Part shown: in pieces, positions 13,441 to 26,700 of the stretch
How the letters are laid out: every line of letters begins with the position of its first letter
Position numbering within the stretch: the first letter of the stretch is position 1
Origin: Octopus sinensis
Lineage: Eukaryota
Reading direction: 5' to 3'
Length of the DNA stretch: 64,000 nt
Assembly (NCBI RefSeq): GCF_006345805.1
Contig: NC_042999.1
Location: 6,944,001-7,008,000, forward strand
Translations under genes and position numbers: made by a program
Notes under the pieces: model-generated
Databases searched by the model: none
What the model saw: only the letters and a program-made list of their open reading frames with translations
Told to the model about the DNA's origin: nothing

Positions 13441-13737
13441 TTCCTTCTCAAGCCATGCCTGGCTCATAAGGGCCGGTTTCCTGGTTTACTTGGCGTATAA
13501 GTTCCCATTCTGGACGGGACGCCGGTCCGTCTCAGGTGAGCTGCAAGATGCTGGAGGAAAGAGTGAGAGAAAGTTGTGGCGAAAGAGTCAGCAGAAGTTC
13601 GCCATTACCTTCAGCCGGAGCCGCGTGGAGCTTAGGTGTTTCGCTCATAAACACACACATCGCCCGGTCTGAGATTCAAACCCGCGATCCCTCGACCACG
13701 AGTCCGCTGCTCTAACCACTAGGCCATGTGCCTCCAC
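13441..13737 (-). mobile_element. SINE family 3, full length, V-domain-like core
   Basis: tRNA-like head (GACTCGTGGTC anticodon arm); central CACCTGAGACGGACCGGCGTCCCGTCCAG resembles the V-SINE domain; second copy at 51325-51576. Confidence 0.8.
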
Positions 13738-13759
13738 AATCCTCACACACACACACACA

Positions 13760-13790
<31 letters not shown>

Positions 13791-14480
13791 TACACACATA
13801 CACACACACACACACGTGCACATTTATAGTCATTTTCACACATATGCATAAAGTATACAAAAGTTGTGTATATTTCTGAGTCTATAAATTTGTGCATTTG
13901 CCTACGTAAATAAACGGGTGGCGACTCGTAAACTGGATAGTGGTTGTTTGTTCCCAACAGAATACATACACACACACACACATAATACATGCATGCATCA
14001 CACACACACACACATGTATAAACATAGACACATGTGTTTGCATATATGTGCGTACGTACATAACCTGGACCCTTGACTAATTATATATTGTGTAGATTAA
14101 TCTTGTCGCTTCATGTTTGAGAAAAGTCAACACAATCGAACCAATTATTTCTCGATAATTTAGTGCAATGCATCTTTTGTCCGCTCACATGTTCTAACAT
14201 GCTTTCTTTTAAAGCTACCCAACACTCTAGGTATTCACTCCATCAATCAATCATCTTTGCCATTGAAAGTGGAGTGCACGTTGAATAGTTATTAATCTTC
14301 TGGACTCGTTTCCACACAGGGCAGTCGTTGAAGTGGTAGGCTTCCATCTTCATTAATTAAGCGAGTGCTGTGTCGAAAAACTATTTAACAACCTTTTTGC
14401 AGTTTCTTGTTATAAAGAACTATCAGAACCGGTGGAAAAAGCATCACAGACTAAGACTGACCACGTTGTCCTATCCGGTA

Positions 14481-14890
14481 TTCTTTACTTATTTCACTTA
14501 TTAAACTGCGGCCATGCTGGGGCAGTGTCTTCAAGTGAATTCTTAGTCAAGTGAACCGATACCAGTTCCTTTTTTTAAAAGCCTGGTACTTATTCTATCT
14601 GTCCCCCTTTTGCCGAACTGTTACGATATGGGGACATAAACACACAAACACCGGTTGTCAGGCAGTGATGGGGGAATGGACATACACACAAAGGAATAAA
14701 AGCACACACACACACACACACACATACGACGGTCTTCTTTCAGCTTCGTTCTGCTTAATCCACTCATAAGTCTTTAACTTGCCCGAGGCTATAGAATAAG
14801 ACACCTGACCAAGGTGCAACACCGTGGGACTGAACTCGGAATCATGTGGTCGGGAAGCAAGCGCCTTACCACACAGCCACGCATGCGCCT
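14481..14890 (-). mobile_element. SINE family 2 with internal (TG)n
   Basis: Head GTGGCTGTGTGGTAAG...GAGTTCAGTCCCAC, internal microsatellite, tail CCAGCATGGCCGCAG...AAGTAAAGA. Confidence 0.85.
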
Positions 14891-15244
14891 AAATCTTATA
14901 AAGAAGTTTCCGCATGGTCTCACCACTTCTTAGATATAGCAGCTAAACATCGAAGTTTAATTGCCTATTATTTTTTTAATGAAGGAATGTTGGATATCGC
15001 AATCAAGAAAAGAGAATGAATAATTAGGAACAGACAATGATTCCTGATTGGTTTATTAATCAAAGATGTTTTGTCTAAAATCAGTCCATTTACCGAAGAA
15101 ATAAAAACGCTTAAATACGATCTACATTTGTAATTTCGATTGGTTACTTCATTTTGCCATTTTATTTAAATCAATACTTGACACCTCTCTCTCTCCCTCC
15201 CTCTCTCTCTATCCAATACCCACACATCGATCGATCGATCGCTT

Positions 15245-15303
15245 CATCCATCCATCCATCCATCCATCCATCAATATATCTGTCTGTCTTTCTGTCTGTC
15301 TGT

Positions 15304-15401
<98 letters not shown>

Positions 15402-15600
15402 CCATCTCTCTATCTATGTATCTGTCTATCAGTCTGCCTATCTATTGGGCTGTCTGTCTGTATGACTGTCTGTATGTGTCTGTCTATATATGTGTCTGTC
15501 TGACCGTCTGGCCGTCTGTTTGTTTGTCCGTTTATCTGTCTGTCTGTCTATCGGTCTGTCTGTCTGTCTGTCAGTCTGTCGCTCTCTCTCTGTCTATTTA
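15245..15600. repeat. (TCCA)/(TCTA)/(TCTG)n compound microsatellite
   Basis: Direct inspection. Confidence 0.95.
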
Positions 15601-16142
15601 TCTGCTTGAGGCACTGGTAATGAATGATATAGATCTTTTCATGAAAACATTTAAAAAATGCAACTGACAAGCTAGGCAGAATACGTACGGTGATGCCAAT
15701 AAATCAGATAGCGACGATATATTGTACTACCTTACACAGGTTTCTTAATGTTTCTAATATATTTCGGGTAAGCTTCTCTCTGTCAAATATAAAAGAGAAA
15801 ATGAGTTTTAAATTAACATGTTATAATCAATAGACCATTCAGACGTGTTGCATATATGTATATGTGTGTATGTGTGTATGTATGTATGTATGTATGCACG
15901 TATATATATATATATATATAAATATATACTTTATTGAAAAGCAGCAAATCAAATTACAAAAACTGTTACTCAGAGTTTCCCGTTCCCGTTCGTTGGAGAT
16001 TTTGTTTAAAACAAAACTCTCCTACGAACGGGAACGTGAAATTCTGAGTGAAAGTTTCTGTGATACTTTTGCTGTTTTTTAATAAAGTATATTACTCTAC
16101 CGCTGGTATTCGAGTACTATATTTTTCCGCCTTGTTTCGCAT

Positions 16143-16580
16143 TTATATACATACATACATACATACATCCATACATGCATACATACATACATACATACAT
16201 CCATACATGCATACATACATACATACATACATACTTACATGCATGCATGCATACATACATACATGCATGCATACATGCATGCATACATACATACATACAT
16301 ACATGCATACATACATACATACATCCATCCATACATGCATGCATACATACATACATACATACATACATACATACATACATACATACATGCATGCATGCAT
16401 GCATGCATGCATACATACATACATACATACATACATACATACATACATACACACACATACATACATACATACATACATACATACATACATGCATGCATGC
16501 ATGCATGCATGCATACATACATACATACATACATACATACATACATACATACACACACATACATACATACATACATACAT
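16143..16580. repeat. (CATA/CATG)n array
   Basis: Direct inspection; source of the spurious MYVC/HTYI ORFs. Confidence 0.95.
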
Positions 16581-16803
16581 ATTATATATGTATTTATTTA
16601 TTTATGTAATTCACCAAGTTATACTGTTATTGCACTGGCAACAACTCATTGTGCGGCCCCCGTGCCGCAGTGTGCAACGGTGAGGTCCAGGATTGTCTAT
16701 GTGTGTATGCTTTCACTAGCTTTAAATAAAAGGCAGCTGTTATTTCACTTACATTTAACGCTTCGATCATACATCGGAGGCCTGTCGATTCATAAATGAG
16801 CTA

Positions 16804-17194
16804 CTAGCAGTATCGCCCGGCGTTGCTCGGGTTTGTAAGGGAAATAACTATATAAGCATTTTTAGAGATGTAAAGTATAATAGCCATCTCAATATGATTA
16901 ACCACAAAGTGTTACTGTAGCTTTTTACGTTCTGAGATTTAATAATAAATTTTCAGAGGGTTACTTCCCTTATATATGCCAAAAATGCATTAAAAATAGG
17001 AAAAATTGATGGTAATTTTTTTTTTTAAATCGTAGACTCATCGTAGACGCGCGCTAATACCCAGAAGGCCTCGATATGAATCACGACTATAAGATACCCG
17101 GTTTTGGTTAAACTGCACCGCAAAATGTGGGAGTAGTTAGGAATCTAAATCGTAGGAGACAGACAGCACACAACCTCTCTTTTATATATGAAGA
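16804..17194 (-). mobile_element. Non-autonomous Helitron (391 bp)
   Basis: On minus strand A|TCTTCATATATAAAAG ... CCCGAGCAACGCCGGGCGATACTGCTAG|T; inserted between A and T. Confidence 0.8.
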
Positions 17195-17689
17195 TATGCG
17201 ATATTAAGAAGTGCTATTCATTGTGTGTCCTGGCAAGTAATTATCTTTAGGGGCCAACAACAGGTGGTGAGGTTTTCACAGAGCCATAGAGATGTCCCGT
17301 AAGTTATTTGTGCTAAACATTACATATCTCCTTCACATGATATTTATGAATTCCATTCTTTGCATTCATCTAATTCCTATAGTCATAGAATCATTTCACG
17401 TGTCTAACAACACACACAGATACACACATACGTACGTATGTATGTGTGTATGTGTGTGTATGTATGTATGTATCGCTGTGTGTGCATGTATTATAGATAC
17501 AATATACAGTGTTCTCTACGTACGTTTCAACGTACGTTGGATGCTAAAGCAAAACAGTTCTTCAGATAACCACTTTATTGCACTATGTTTACACAGATCA
17601 ATATATATGGACACACAAACACACACACTCATGAACACAAACACATTTATGTACAAGTATACATACTTATTCATACATATAGAAAATAA

Positions 17690-17757
17690 ATATAAATATA
17701 TATATATATACATATATACATACATATCTATATATACATATATATATACATACATAT

Positions 17758-17788
<31 letters not shown>

Positions 17789-17829
17789 TACATACATATC
17801 TATATATACATATATATATATACATACAT

Positions 17830-17878
<49 letters not shown>

Positions 17879-17924
17879 ATATACATACATATCTATATAT
17901 ACATATATATATATACATACATAT

Positions 17925-17955
<31 letters not shown>

Positions 17956-18070
17956 TACATACATATCTATATATACATATATACATATATATACATACAT
18001 ATATACATATATAAATATATATATATATATACATACATACACACACACACATACACACACATATATATAT
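17690..18070. repeat. TA-rich minisatellite, unit about 70 bp
   Basis: Recurring TACATATATACATACATATCTATATATAC block. Confidence 0.8.
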
Positions 18071-18696
18071 AGCATTATAGAACTTGATGTGAGTCGTATG
18101 TGATAACACTACTGGAAGCTGCTGTCAGTCACATGACACGACCATCAAGAGAAGCGTCACTCATGTTTACATCTGCTACGATTTCGTAGTCTTTGCATTA
18201 ATTGATTTCTTTTTCTGTCTTCCCGTCCAATGAACAATGCAATTTCTGTTCGAAATCAACCTGATTGTTGTAATGTCCATTGACTTGACAAGCCGTAGAT
18301 ATATTCAATGTCCAACTAATGACCTTTAAAGAAACTGGCCGAAATTATGGGAATCTCAAAGAACGCATTAAACTCAGTGAAGGAGATGGGCAATTTGAAA
18401 ACACGTTTCGCTCTCTTTGTTCACTTCTATATTTCTCATTACTATCGAGTCATCTCCCTTTGTAATGCAAACACCTGCTAGGTTTCACCAGAAATAAAAT
18501 TTAGTCATGAATAATTAAAATATACAACGAAAACACACATATATACACACATACATACATGCATAAATACATAGTAAATGCTTAAATGGGAATCTGGATA
18601 AACTGGGATTTTCAGAAAGAGAAATCGACCGGCTAATTCGTACATTACAAGTTCAATCTGTGAGTGGAACAGTAAAAATATGCAAGACTTTTCTCA

Positions 18697-18830
18697 AGTT
18701 CCAAATGTGAATTTGTCTTTGTTAACTACATCCCAAAATTGGGGCCTGGTATCTTTGTTGGAAACCGGTTCCCTCTCCTGTGGAAGGTTTATAATAATTA
18801 AAAATAGATGAGACACGCATACATATACAC
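18697..18830 (+). repeat. Short interspersed repeat ending GAGACA+(CATA)-like tail
   Basis: Matches 54629-54745 on the minus strand (GTTAACTACATCCCAAA...GTTGGAAACC). Confidence 0.7.
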
Positions 18831-18926
18831 ATACCTGTCCAGCTACTGTAAATATCTCCTTGAAAAATCAAAGGGAAACTGGATAATGATTAACACCTGC
18901 TTTGAAGACCCCACCTTCTATATCCT

Positions 18927-19139
18927 GGCAGCGAGTTGGCAGAAACGTTAGCACGCCGGGTAAAATGCTTAGTGGTATTTCGTCTGTCTTTACGTTCTGT
19001 GTTCCAATTCCGTCGAGGTCGACTTTGCCTTTCATCCTTTCGGGGTCGATATATTAAGTACCAGTAACGTACAGGGGTTGATCTAATCGACTGGCCTCCT
19101 CCCCAAAAATGTTGGGCCTTGTGCCTAGAGTAGAAAAGT
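18927..19139 (+). mobile_element. SINE family 1, tail B
   Basis: Head and core as above; tail GGGCCTTGTGCCTAGAGTAGAAAAG. Confidence 0.88.
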
Positions 19140-19579
19140 ATACATATATACATACATACATATATATATATACATATATATATAAATATATATATATATA
19201 TACATATGCATTCCTACATACCTACATGCGTACATAGTTACATACTACGAGCTCGAAGTGACAAGTCGCGTATTTGGCGCGGGAGACTATTTATTGAAAA
19301 ATACGATGAATATTATCTTCAACTTTGGAGCCACAACTATCAGCCTTGTTAAATAACTGGTTAATCTTCAGATAAATTAACTGAGGGAACCTTTTATTCA
19401 CAATCGTAATGATTTTTGACTGAAACTTGAATTTAGTATGCAGAGAGTTACTACAAACGACATGGATGGACGCAACATCAACAACAACACGAACGAGGAA
19501 TAGAACGAAAACAACAGCTGAACTGGTAAACAAATTCTGTCTAGCTCCCTTTGAGTTACAAAACTCATTTCTCTTGGAA

Positions 19580-19740
19580 TTCTGAATTGAATACTGATCT
19601 ATTCAACTGCTACAAAAAAGCGAAACAGGACCCTGCTGTTGGCTATATGAATCGATTGAAATCATATTGGGACGATCCGTATCTAGAATTAAATCATTTT
19701 CCTGCGAAGCAGCTACGCTAACAAGACACATTTGTAGAAC
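19580..19740 (+). pseudogene. Possible N-terminal relic of an RLE-type LINE ORF
   Basis: Frameshifted reading NTDLFNCY...DPAVGYMNRLKSYWD..YLELNHFPAKQLR resembles N-termini I recall from invertebrate RT-RLE LINEs; unverified. Confidence 0.3.
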
Positions 19741-20149
19741 ATAGAAACAAGGTTAGTAACTGTAACTTTCTTAAAAAATCGAAAATTATCCTTCTTCTCA
19801 ACTCTGTAAGCAAAAACGAAAATTTGAATGATATAAGACCACAAGGTAGTTTCGTAGCTAGCAACATTCCAACAAATTCGATAGTGCCTGCCAGCCAAAC
19901 TACATTACTGGCCCAAGTAACTGACCACTGTCCCCCTTACTACGACTATAGTAAATAGCAGCCGCAACCGCAACGATTATTTTTGTAGTAGTGGTAGTCA
20001 GGATTAATTACCGGTGAAATGAGCCCTTACTGAAATTTTCAGAGAAAAAATAACTTTGGCTTTGAAGTACTCTTTCGAAGAATGAGTATTCTCTACCAAA
20101 ATTACCCCCCCCCCCCACCAGATGCGGTATTAAAAGCTGCTAACGAAAA

Positions 20150-20510
20150 TAGTGATGAGTATTTACAACAGTGTGGTGAACCCACATTCTGGATGATAAT
20201 GCACCAATTTACACAGCTAAAGTTGTTACTGAATGGCAAAAGAAACATCCCCGTGAAGATCTCAATATTATTGAACATGTATGGTGCATTTTAGAAAAGC
20301 AAGTAAGGAGTCAATATTCTCCACTACAAGAACTGGAGACTGTTTTAGCTGAAGAATGGGCAAAAATTCATTTGGAAACAATTCAAACCTTGTATGAGTC
20401 TACACTTCGTAGAATTCAAGCTGTAATTACTGCCGAAGGCAGTCCTATGCTATATTAAAATAAATCTGTTTAAAATTTTAAGGAGTTTCCATTATTTTGT
20501 CCAACGCCTA
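20150..20510 (+). mobile_element. Tc1-like transposase C-terminal relic with 3' TIR
   Basis: DNAPIYTAKVVTEW...DLNIIEHVWCILEKQV...ELETVLAEEWAKI...RRIQAVITAEG; TIR-like TTTCCATTATTTTGTCCAAC before TA. Confidence 0.8.
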
Positions 20511-21423
20511 TATATATACAAACAAAAATACCCCGTTGTGGATGTTGAAATTTAAATGAAGGGCCCTTGAATCTAGGTTAGAAAACTGCTCTTTTCCTAT
20601 TGAGAAGAAGTCTTGAACTATAACTGAATAATGACATACGTACATACAAATAGATGGCAATTATTTCAATTGTTATATTGTTTTATTATACACACCTGAA
20701 TATATAGACACCTGAAGCTAAATTCCTGCTTCAAAGGAAAGTGTAATTAAATAGATAAAGAAAGGAGGGGTATGCAAATATATATATCATACTTAAAATA
20801 TAATCAACAAATTCACCTGAGTACACCAAAACTTTGTATAAGCAAAATCATTTTAGGTGTAGCATTTTCCTGGAAGTTTTAACGACTTCACACTTTGTTG
20901 AACATCGGGTACAGAGTGCATAGTTGTCATTAATTCAACGAGATAATCTTCGAGAAGTGGATGTTTCTGTGAAGTGGAAAATTATAACATCTAATGTTAT
21001 GATAATTTCTGCATCTGGTGCTTATCAATGCGATGTATACAGAATGGTTATAAAACGGTGTTTTGCAACAAATAGACAGCTATTCTTGATTTTAGAATCC
21101 AAACAATAAAAACCCAGTGACTATACATGGATTTTAAACAAATATAAATATATTACATGTATGGAAGCTCAGCTGAAAACATAGTGTTAAATATAATATA
21201 TAATACCATGAGTTAACACCTCAGAAAACTGCTTGAATCAGCTTATTGTTCATGAAATATAAAAGTTGCATGTACATCCTGCCTAACAGTGAGAAATTCT
21301 TATGAATTATAAATTACTAATACTTAAGTTCGATAGGTTTGGTGTGCTGGAATAAACTTTGAAATAGCTTTTCTCTGCAACGACCGATGTAGCAACATGG
21401 ATGATACAGTTCTCTATTTAAGA

Positions 21424-21531
21424 GATGAGGAATTATGTACGTTATTTACACTATTTAGATTTGACGGATATTTGTCTTCATCTTGTTTGTTGTTAATACA
21501 ACGTTTCGGCTGATATACCCTCCAGCCTTCA
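21424..21531 (-). mobile_element. Penelope-type short repeat with truncated hammerhead motif
   Basis: Minus strand TGAAGGCTG-loop-CAGCCGAAACGTT; homologous to 26600-26700 (+); cut at its 5' side by the TAA tract. Confidence 0.65.
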
Positions 21532-21590
21532 TAATGATAATAATAATAATCATAATAATAATAATAATAATAATGATAATAATAATAATG

Positions 21591-21658
<68 letters not shown>

Positions 21659-21660
<2 letters not shown>

Positions 21661-23482
21661 CGCGCAGTACGGATATAAAATGTTTGATAAAAATATAAAT
21701 CATCTCATTTACATGGATGATTTAAAGCTCTTTGCAAAAAATGACCAACAACTCAAGGGCTTACTAGCGATTGTCAAACAATTCAGTGATGACATCAGAA
21801 TGCAATTTGGCCTCGATAAATGCGCAAAAGCTACCTTTATCAAAGGAAAAATGACAGAAACATCTAACGTTAACCTTGACCAGCAGAATGTCATAAAAGA
21901 ATTAGACCCATCAGAGAACTACAAGTATCTAGGGGTAATTGAAGGAGAAGGAATAAGGCATTCAGAGATGAAGGAAAGGATCAGGAGAGAATGCTATCGC
22001 AGAGTAAGAGCAATACTCAAGACAGAGCTGAATGCGAGAAACAGGATCGAAGCGATCAATGCATTAGCCATACCAGTCGTGACTTACAGTTTCAGTATCG
22101 TTAACTGGTCAATTACTGAAATATGTAATCTTGACAGAAAAATACGAAAACTGTTGACAATGCATAGAATGCACCACCCTAAGGCAGATACAGAACGACT
22201 TTATCTGCCAAGAAAAGAGGGAGGCCGTGGACTTTTACAACTGGCAATAACAATGAAGATTGCTACAATTGGCCTAGACACCTACCTGAAAAACTCTGAG
22301 GACTGGATGTTAAAACTTGTCTCATAACATGAAAACAAGAAAGCATCATACTCAGTAACAAAACAGGCAAAGGAATATCTAAGTGAATTCCGAATACAAC
22401 AAATTTCGGAATTAGAGATAGACATACAAGAAACAGGCACAGAAAAAGCTAAGCGCATGAAAACCCATGCTAAATCTGCGGCCTTAGATATTCTGAATGA
22501 TAAATGGCAAGAAAAACCTCTCTATGGCAAATACCCAAAGAGAGCAAATAATGCAGATGTTGACAAAGCCCGGACCCATCAATGGCTAATGGCCTCTGGC
22601 TTAAAATCTGAAACAGAGGGGTTTATCATAGCAGCTCAAGATCAATGCCTACCAACAAGAAACTACCAGGCCAACATATTAAAGATCAGAAGCAGTCCAA
22701 CGTGTCGTGTATGCAAGCAACAAAATGAAACCATTGACCATGTGGTCTCTAAGTGCAGTCTTCTAGCGCCTACAGAGTATCTCAACAGGCACGATAGAGC
22801 TGCACAATATGTTCACTGGGTAATCTGTAAAAACCTGGATTTGCCCCATGAAAAAAACTGGTGGGAACACAAACCACCCCCAGTGCTTGAAAATGACCAC
22901 ATCTCACTCCTCTGGAACTTCGCCATTCAAACTGACAGAAAGATAGATGCAAATAGGCCAGACATCATATTGAAAGACTTCAAACAAAGAACATGCCTCC
23001 TCATTGATATGACTGTCCCAATCGATATAAACGTATCTGTCAAGACCTACCAAAAACTGAGCAAATATAAAGATCTTGAAATAGAAATCAGCAAAATGTG
23101 GAAGCTGAAGACTAAAACAATACCTGTTGTCATAGGTGCCCTGGGAATGATAGCAAAAGGGGCAGATAGCTACCTAACTCAGATACCAGGAAACCCAAAA
23201 ATGGCAGAAATTCAAAAGATAGTGCTCATGGGAACTGCTCATATCCTACGCAAAATACTTTCTATGTAATCTCAAGGTTTAAAACAAACATAATTTTCGG
23301 TTTAAAAAAAAAAACAAAAACTTTTTTTTTTAGACATTCATTAGTACAACACCCCCACCCCACTAGGCATAACAACACACTAGGCATAACAACAACATGA
23401 ACTTCCAACCCTGTTGTCTCTTGAGGTCTCTGGGTGAGACTTGGAGCCAACTTGTACAAATATAAAGCAAAAGTCAAACATA

Positions 23483-23483
<1 letters not shown>
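21659..23483 (+). mobile_element. R4/Dong-like RT-RLE LINE, copy A (5'-truncated)
   Basis: RT YMDD (HLIYMDDLKL), CCHC finger CRVC..ETIDHVVSKC, RHD, PD..D..K endonuclease (NRPDII, LIDMTVP, KLSKY). ORFs 21680-22327 and 22457-23269 are in the same frame, split by one TAA. (TAA)n on both sides. Confidence 0.92.
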
Positions 23484-23545
<62 letters not shown>

Positions 23546-23579
23546 TAATAATAATAATAATAATAAGAAGAAGAAGAAG

Positions 23580-25026
23580 AAGGCTCTGGTATTCAGCATG
23601 CAAGCATGAAAGAGAAAATCAGGAAGGAATGTTATAGGAGAGTTCGTGCAGTCCTGAAATCTGAACTAAATGCACGTAACAAGGTGTTAGCTATAAATTC
23701 CTTAGCAGTTCCAGTTGTTACTTATAGCTACAATGTGTTGAACTGGAATATGAGTGAAGTAAAGAATATAGATAGGAAAATACGCAAGCTGCTGAGTTGT
23801 AATAGGATGCACCACCCAAAGGCAGACGTAGATCGCCTTTATCTTCCCAGAGCCCAAGGAGGTCGAGGCCTGATCCAATTTGAACTAGCTTACAAAACAA
23901 CCACAATTGGACTGGGCAAATATCTCGAAATATCGAATGACTGGATGCTAAAGCTCGTGGAAAATCACGAGAGACGAAAGAAGCTTCATTCTATCATAAA
24001 GGAAAGCAAAAAATTTGCTATTGATCTCGTGCAGGATACCCAAACTAAACAACCCGAGGGAAGTACGGCAACTATTGTTGCAAAGAAGGTGAAAATGATG
24101 GCAATGAAAAAAGCGCACGAGCAATTGGCTGATAGGTGGGAGGAGAAACCTCTGCACGGCAAATATGTGACCCGCAGCAAACAAGCTGATGTTGACCAGA
24201 AGCAAACCCATCAGTGGCTACGGAGCTCAGGGCTAAAAGCAGAGAGCGAAGGTTTCATAATGTGATGAAAAATGGAGCAGACCCAAAATGCCGATTCTGC
24301 AACGACATGATTGAAACAGTGGACCACCTAATCTCTGGATGTGAAGTCTTAGCACCAGTGGAGTATAAATTAAGACATGACAGAGTTGGCCAATATCTCC
24401 ACTGGCTAATAAGTCGGCATTACAATATCAAAACTGCCGACAAGTGGTATAATCACCACCCTGAGGCTGTAACTGAAGGAGAAAATGTAACCATTCTGTG
24501 GGACTTTCCAGTACATACAGACCGAACCATCAAGGCCAATAAACCAGATATTGTTGTGAAAGACCAAAACCATAAAGTTTGCTTATTGATCGACATGAGC
24601 ATCCCCTGTGATCATAATATCTCAGCGAAAGAGTTTGACAAGCTCAGAAAATATAAAGACCTACTCATTGAAATTGAGAAAATGTGGCATCTCAAGGCGG
24701 TTACAATACCAGTAATCGTAGGAGCACTAGGAATGATCAAGAAGGGAACCGAAAATTATATGAGAATGATCCCTGGCTTACCATCCCTGCAAGAAGTGCA
24801 AAAGATTGTCTTAACTGGTACATCACACGTATTGAGAAGAGCATTGTCGATGTGAGAACTGTTGCTGCTCATGTATTTTAATTTAACTTTAAAAAAAAAA
24901 AAAAATGAACGAACTACTGAGTTTGGTTTAATGGTCTACCAATGTATACTATGAGTTTCTTTGCCCTCGGAGTCGGGAAGACACTCGGCAAGAAATGGAA
25001 GCAAATTTGAAAGAAGAAAAAAAAAG
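23580..25026 (+). mobile_element. R4/Dong-like LINE, copy B
   Basis: Thumb to RLE domains; 46-bp frameshifting deletion near 24258 relative to copy D; (TAA)n flanks. Confidence 0.92.
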
Positions 25027-25044
25027 TAATAATAATAATAATAG

Positions 25045-25600
25045 ATGCCCTGATGCAGTACCAGACAGTGGCTCTCATGGCTTCTGATCTTAACTGATTG
25101 GAAGTGTTATCATCTACATTATTTTATCTCAGTATAAAAGATGGTCTACAGCAAATATTCTGCTCAATACCACAGATTTGCTTGTCAGTTGTTTGACCAT
25201 AACCAGTTGAGCATGACCCTTAGTGGCTGACGATATGTGCATCTCTGATCATGAGAAGAAGTAGCGGGGCAGCATCATAGCCATGTGTTGAAAGGAATTC
25301 TTAGAGGCTTGCACAATTCACCTTTTGAAACATGGGTGGTTCGTTCAACATCCTTAAACAATCCTTATTCAGGGACCTTTTGAGCAGGATAGGCTACTCG
25401 TCCAGAAGAAAATTCTAACTGGGCCCCACCTGCAAGGTCATGTGCTGTTTATCTTGATATGAGATCACCATGTCGCGCACATATGGTTGTGATGCATGTG
25501 CCTTGTGTACCCTTATCAGACGGGTAGTCATGATGGGTATATTGGGCTTCGTATATTTTACCCCAGTGTCACTTTGATGGCATGCACTGCTCTCTCACTC
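25045..25600 (+). mobile_element. 556-bp TAA-flanked non-coding element, copy 1
   Basis: Same ends (ATGCCCTGATGCAG...GCTCTCTCACTC) as 36396-36951 and 60720-61264; no tRNA head, no ORF. Confidence 0.88.
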
Positions 25601-25620
25601 AATAATAATAATAATAATAA

Positions 25621-26518
25621 TTTGAAACCTCTGCATGACAAGTATGTGGCCCGTAGCAAACAAGCTGATGTCGACCAGAAACATACGCACTAATGGTTAC
25701 GAAGCTCAGGGCTAAAAGCGGAGAGTGAAGGTTTCATATTAGCTGCTCAAGACCAATGCTTATTAAGCAAGAACTACCAAGCCAATGTGATAAAAAATGG
25801 AGCTGACCCAAAATGCCGATTCTGTAACGATGTGATTGAAACAATAGACCACCTAATCTCAGGGTGTAGAGTCTTAGCACTTGCAGAATATAAGGCAAGA
25901 CATGACAAAGTCGTCCATTATTTACACTGGACAATATGTCGGCATTATAAAATCAAAACCACTGACAAATGGTATAAACACCATCCTGAAGCTGTGACTG
26001 AGGGAGAAAATGTGTCGATTCTATGGGACTTCCCCGTACAGACCGACAAGACTATAAAAGCTAATAAACCGGATATTATCATAAAAGATCAGACAAAAAG
26101 GATGTGTTTATTAATTGACATGAGTATTCCTTGCGATCACAATATAGCGGCGAAAGAATTTGACAAGATTTGAAAAAATGTGGCATCTCAAGGCGACTAC
26201 AGTATCAGGGATTGTAGGATCTCTAGGAATGATACCAAAAGGTACTGAAACCTATTTGAAAATGATGCCAGGCTTACCATCCCTACAGGAAGTGCAAACA
26301 TTCGTGTTAACTGGAACGGCTCATGTACTGAGAAGAGCATTACCGCTGTGAATACAACATCCATTCATGAATTTATTTATTTATTAATTTTTTAAATACA
26401 TATTTTACCTGTGAATTTGCGTGTGTAATCTGTGAATGCATACAATGAGCTTCTCTGCCCTAGGTGTATGGAAAACACTCGGCGAGAAACGGAAGAAAAT
26501 TTGAAGAAAGAAGGGAAA
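25621..26518 (+). mobile_element. R4/Dong-like LINE, copy C (degenerate)
   Basis: KPLHDKY...CRFC..ETIDHLISGC, RHD, NKPDIIIKD, LIDMSIP; carries a stop and a deletion; TAA flanks. Confidence 0.88.
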
Positions 26519-26546
26519 ATAATAATAATAATGATAATAATAATAA

Positions 26547-26700
26547 CATCGAAAAATACCTTAGGAATGAGAACCCAGGTGCGAAATTTCCCCAAGACAC
26601 CTGAAAAAGGCTGGAGAGTATATCAGCCGAAATGTTGTATTAACAACAAAGATGAGGGCAAATATCTGTCAAATGTAAATAACGTAAATAATGTAACAAG
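26547..26700 (+). mobile_element. Penelope-type short repeat with degenerate hammerhead motif
   Basis: GACAC-CTGAAAAA-GGCTG..CAGCC-GAAATGTT-GTATT at 26595-26640. Confidence 0.6.

Noticed and set aside
16048-16799. Long ORFs such as [12 protein letters not shown] (also 32023-32658, 34517-35959, 49178-49779, 59251-59804)
   Set aside because: They are translations of microsatellites that lack stop codons.
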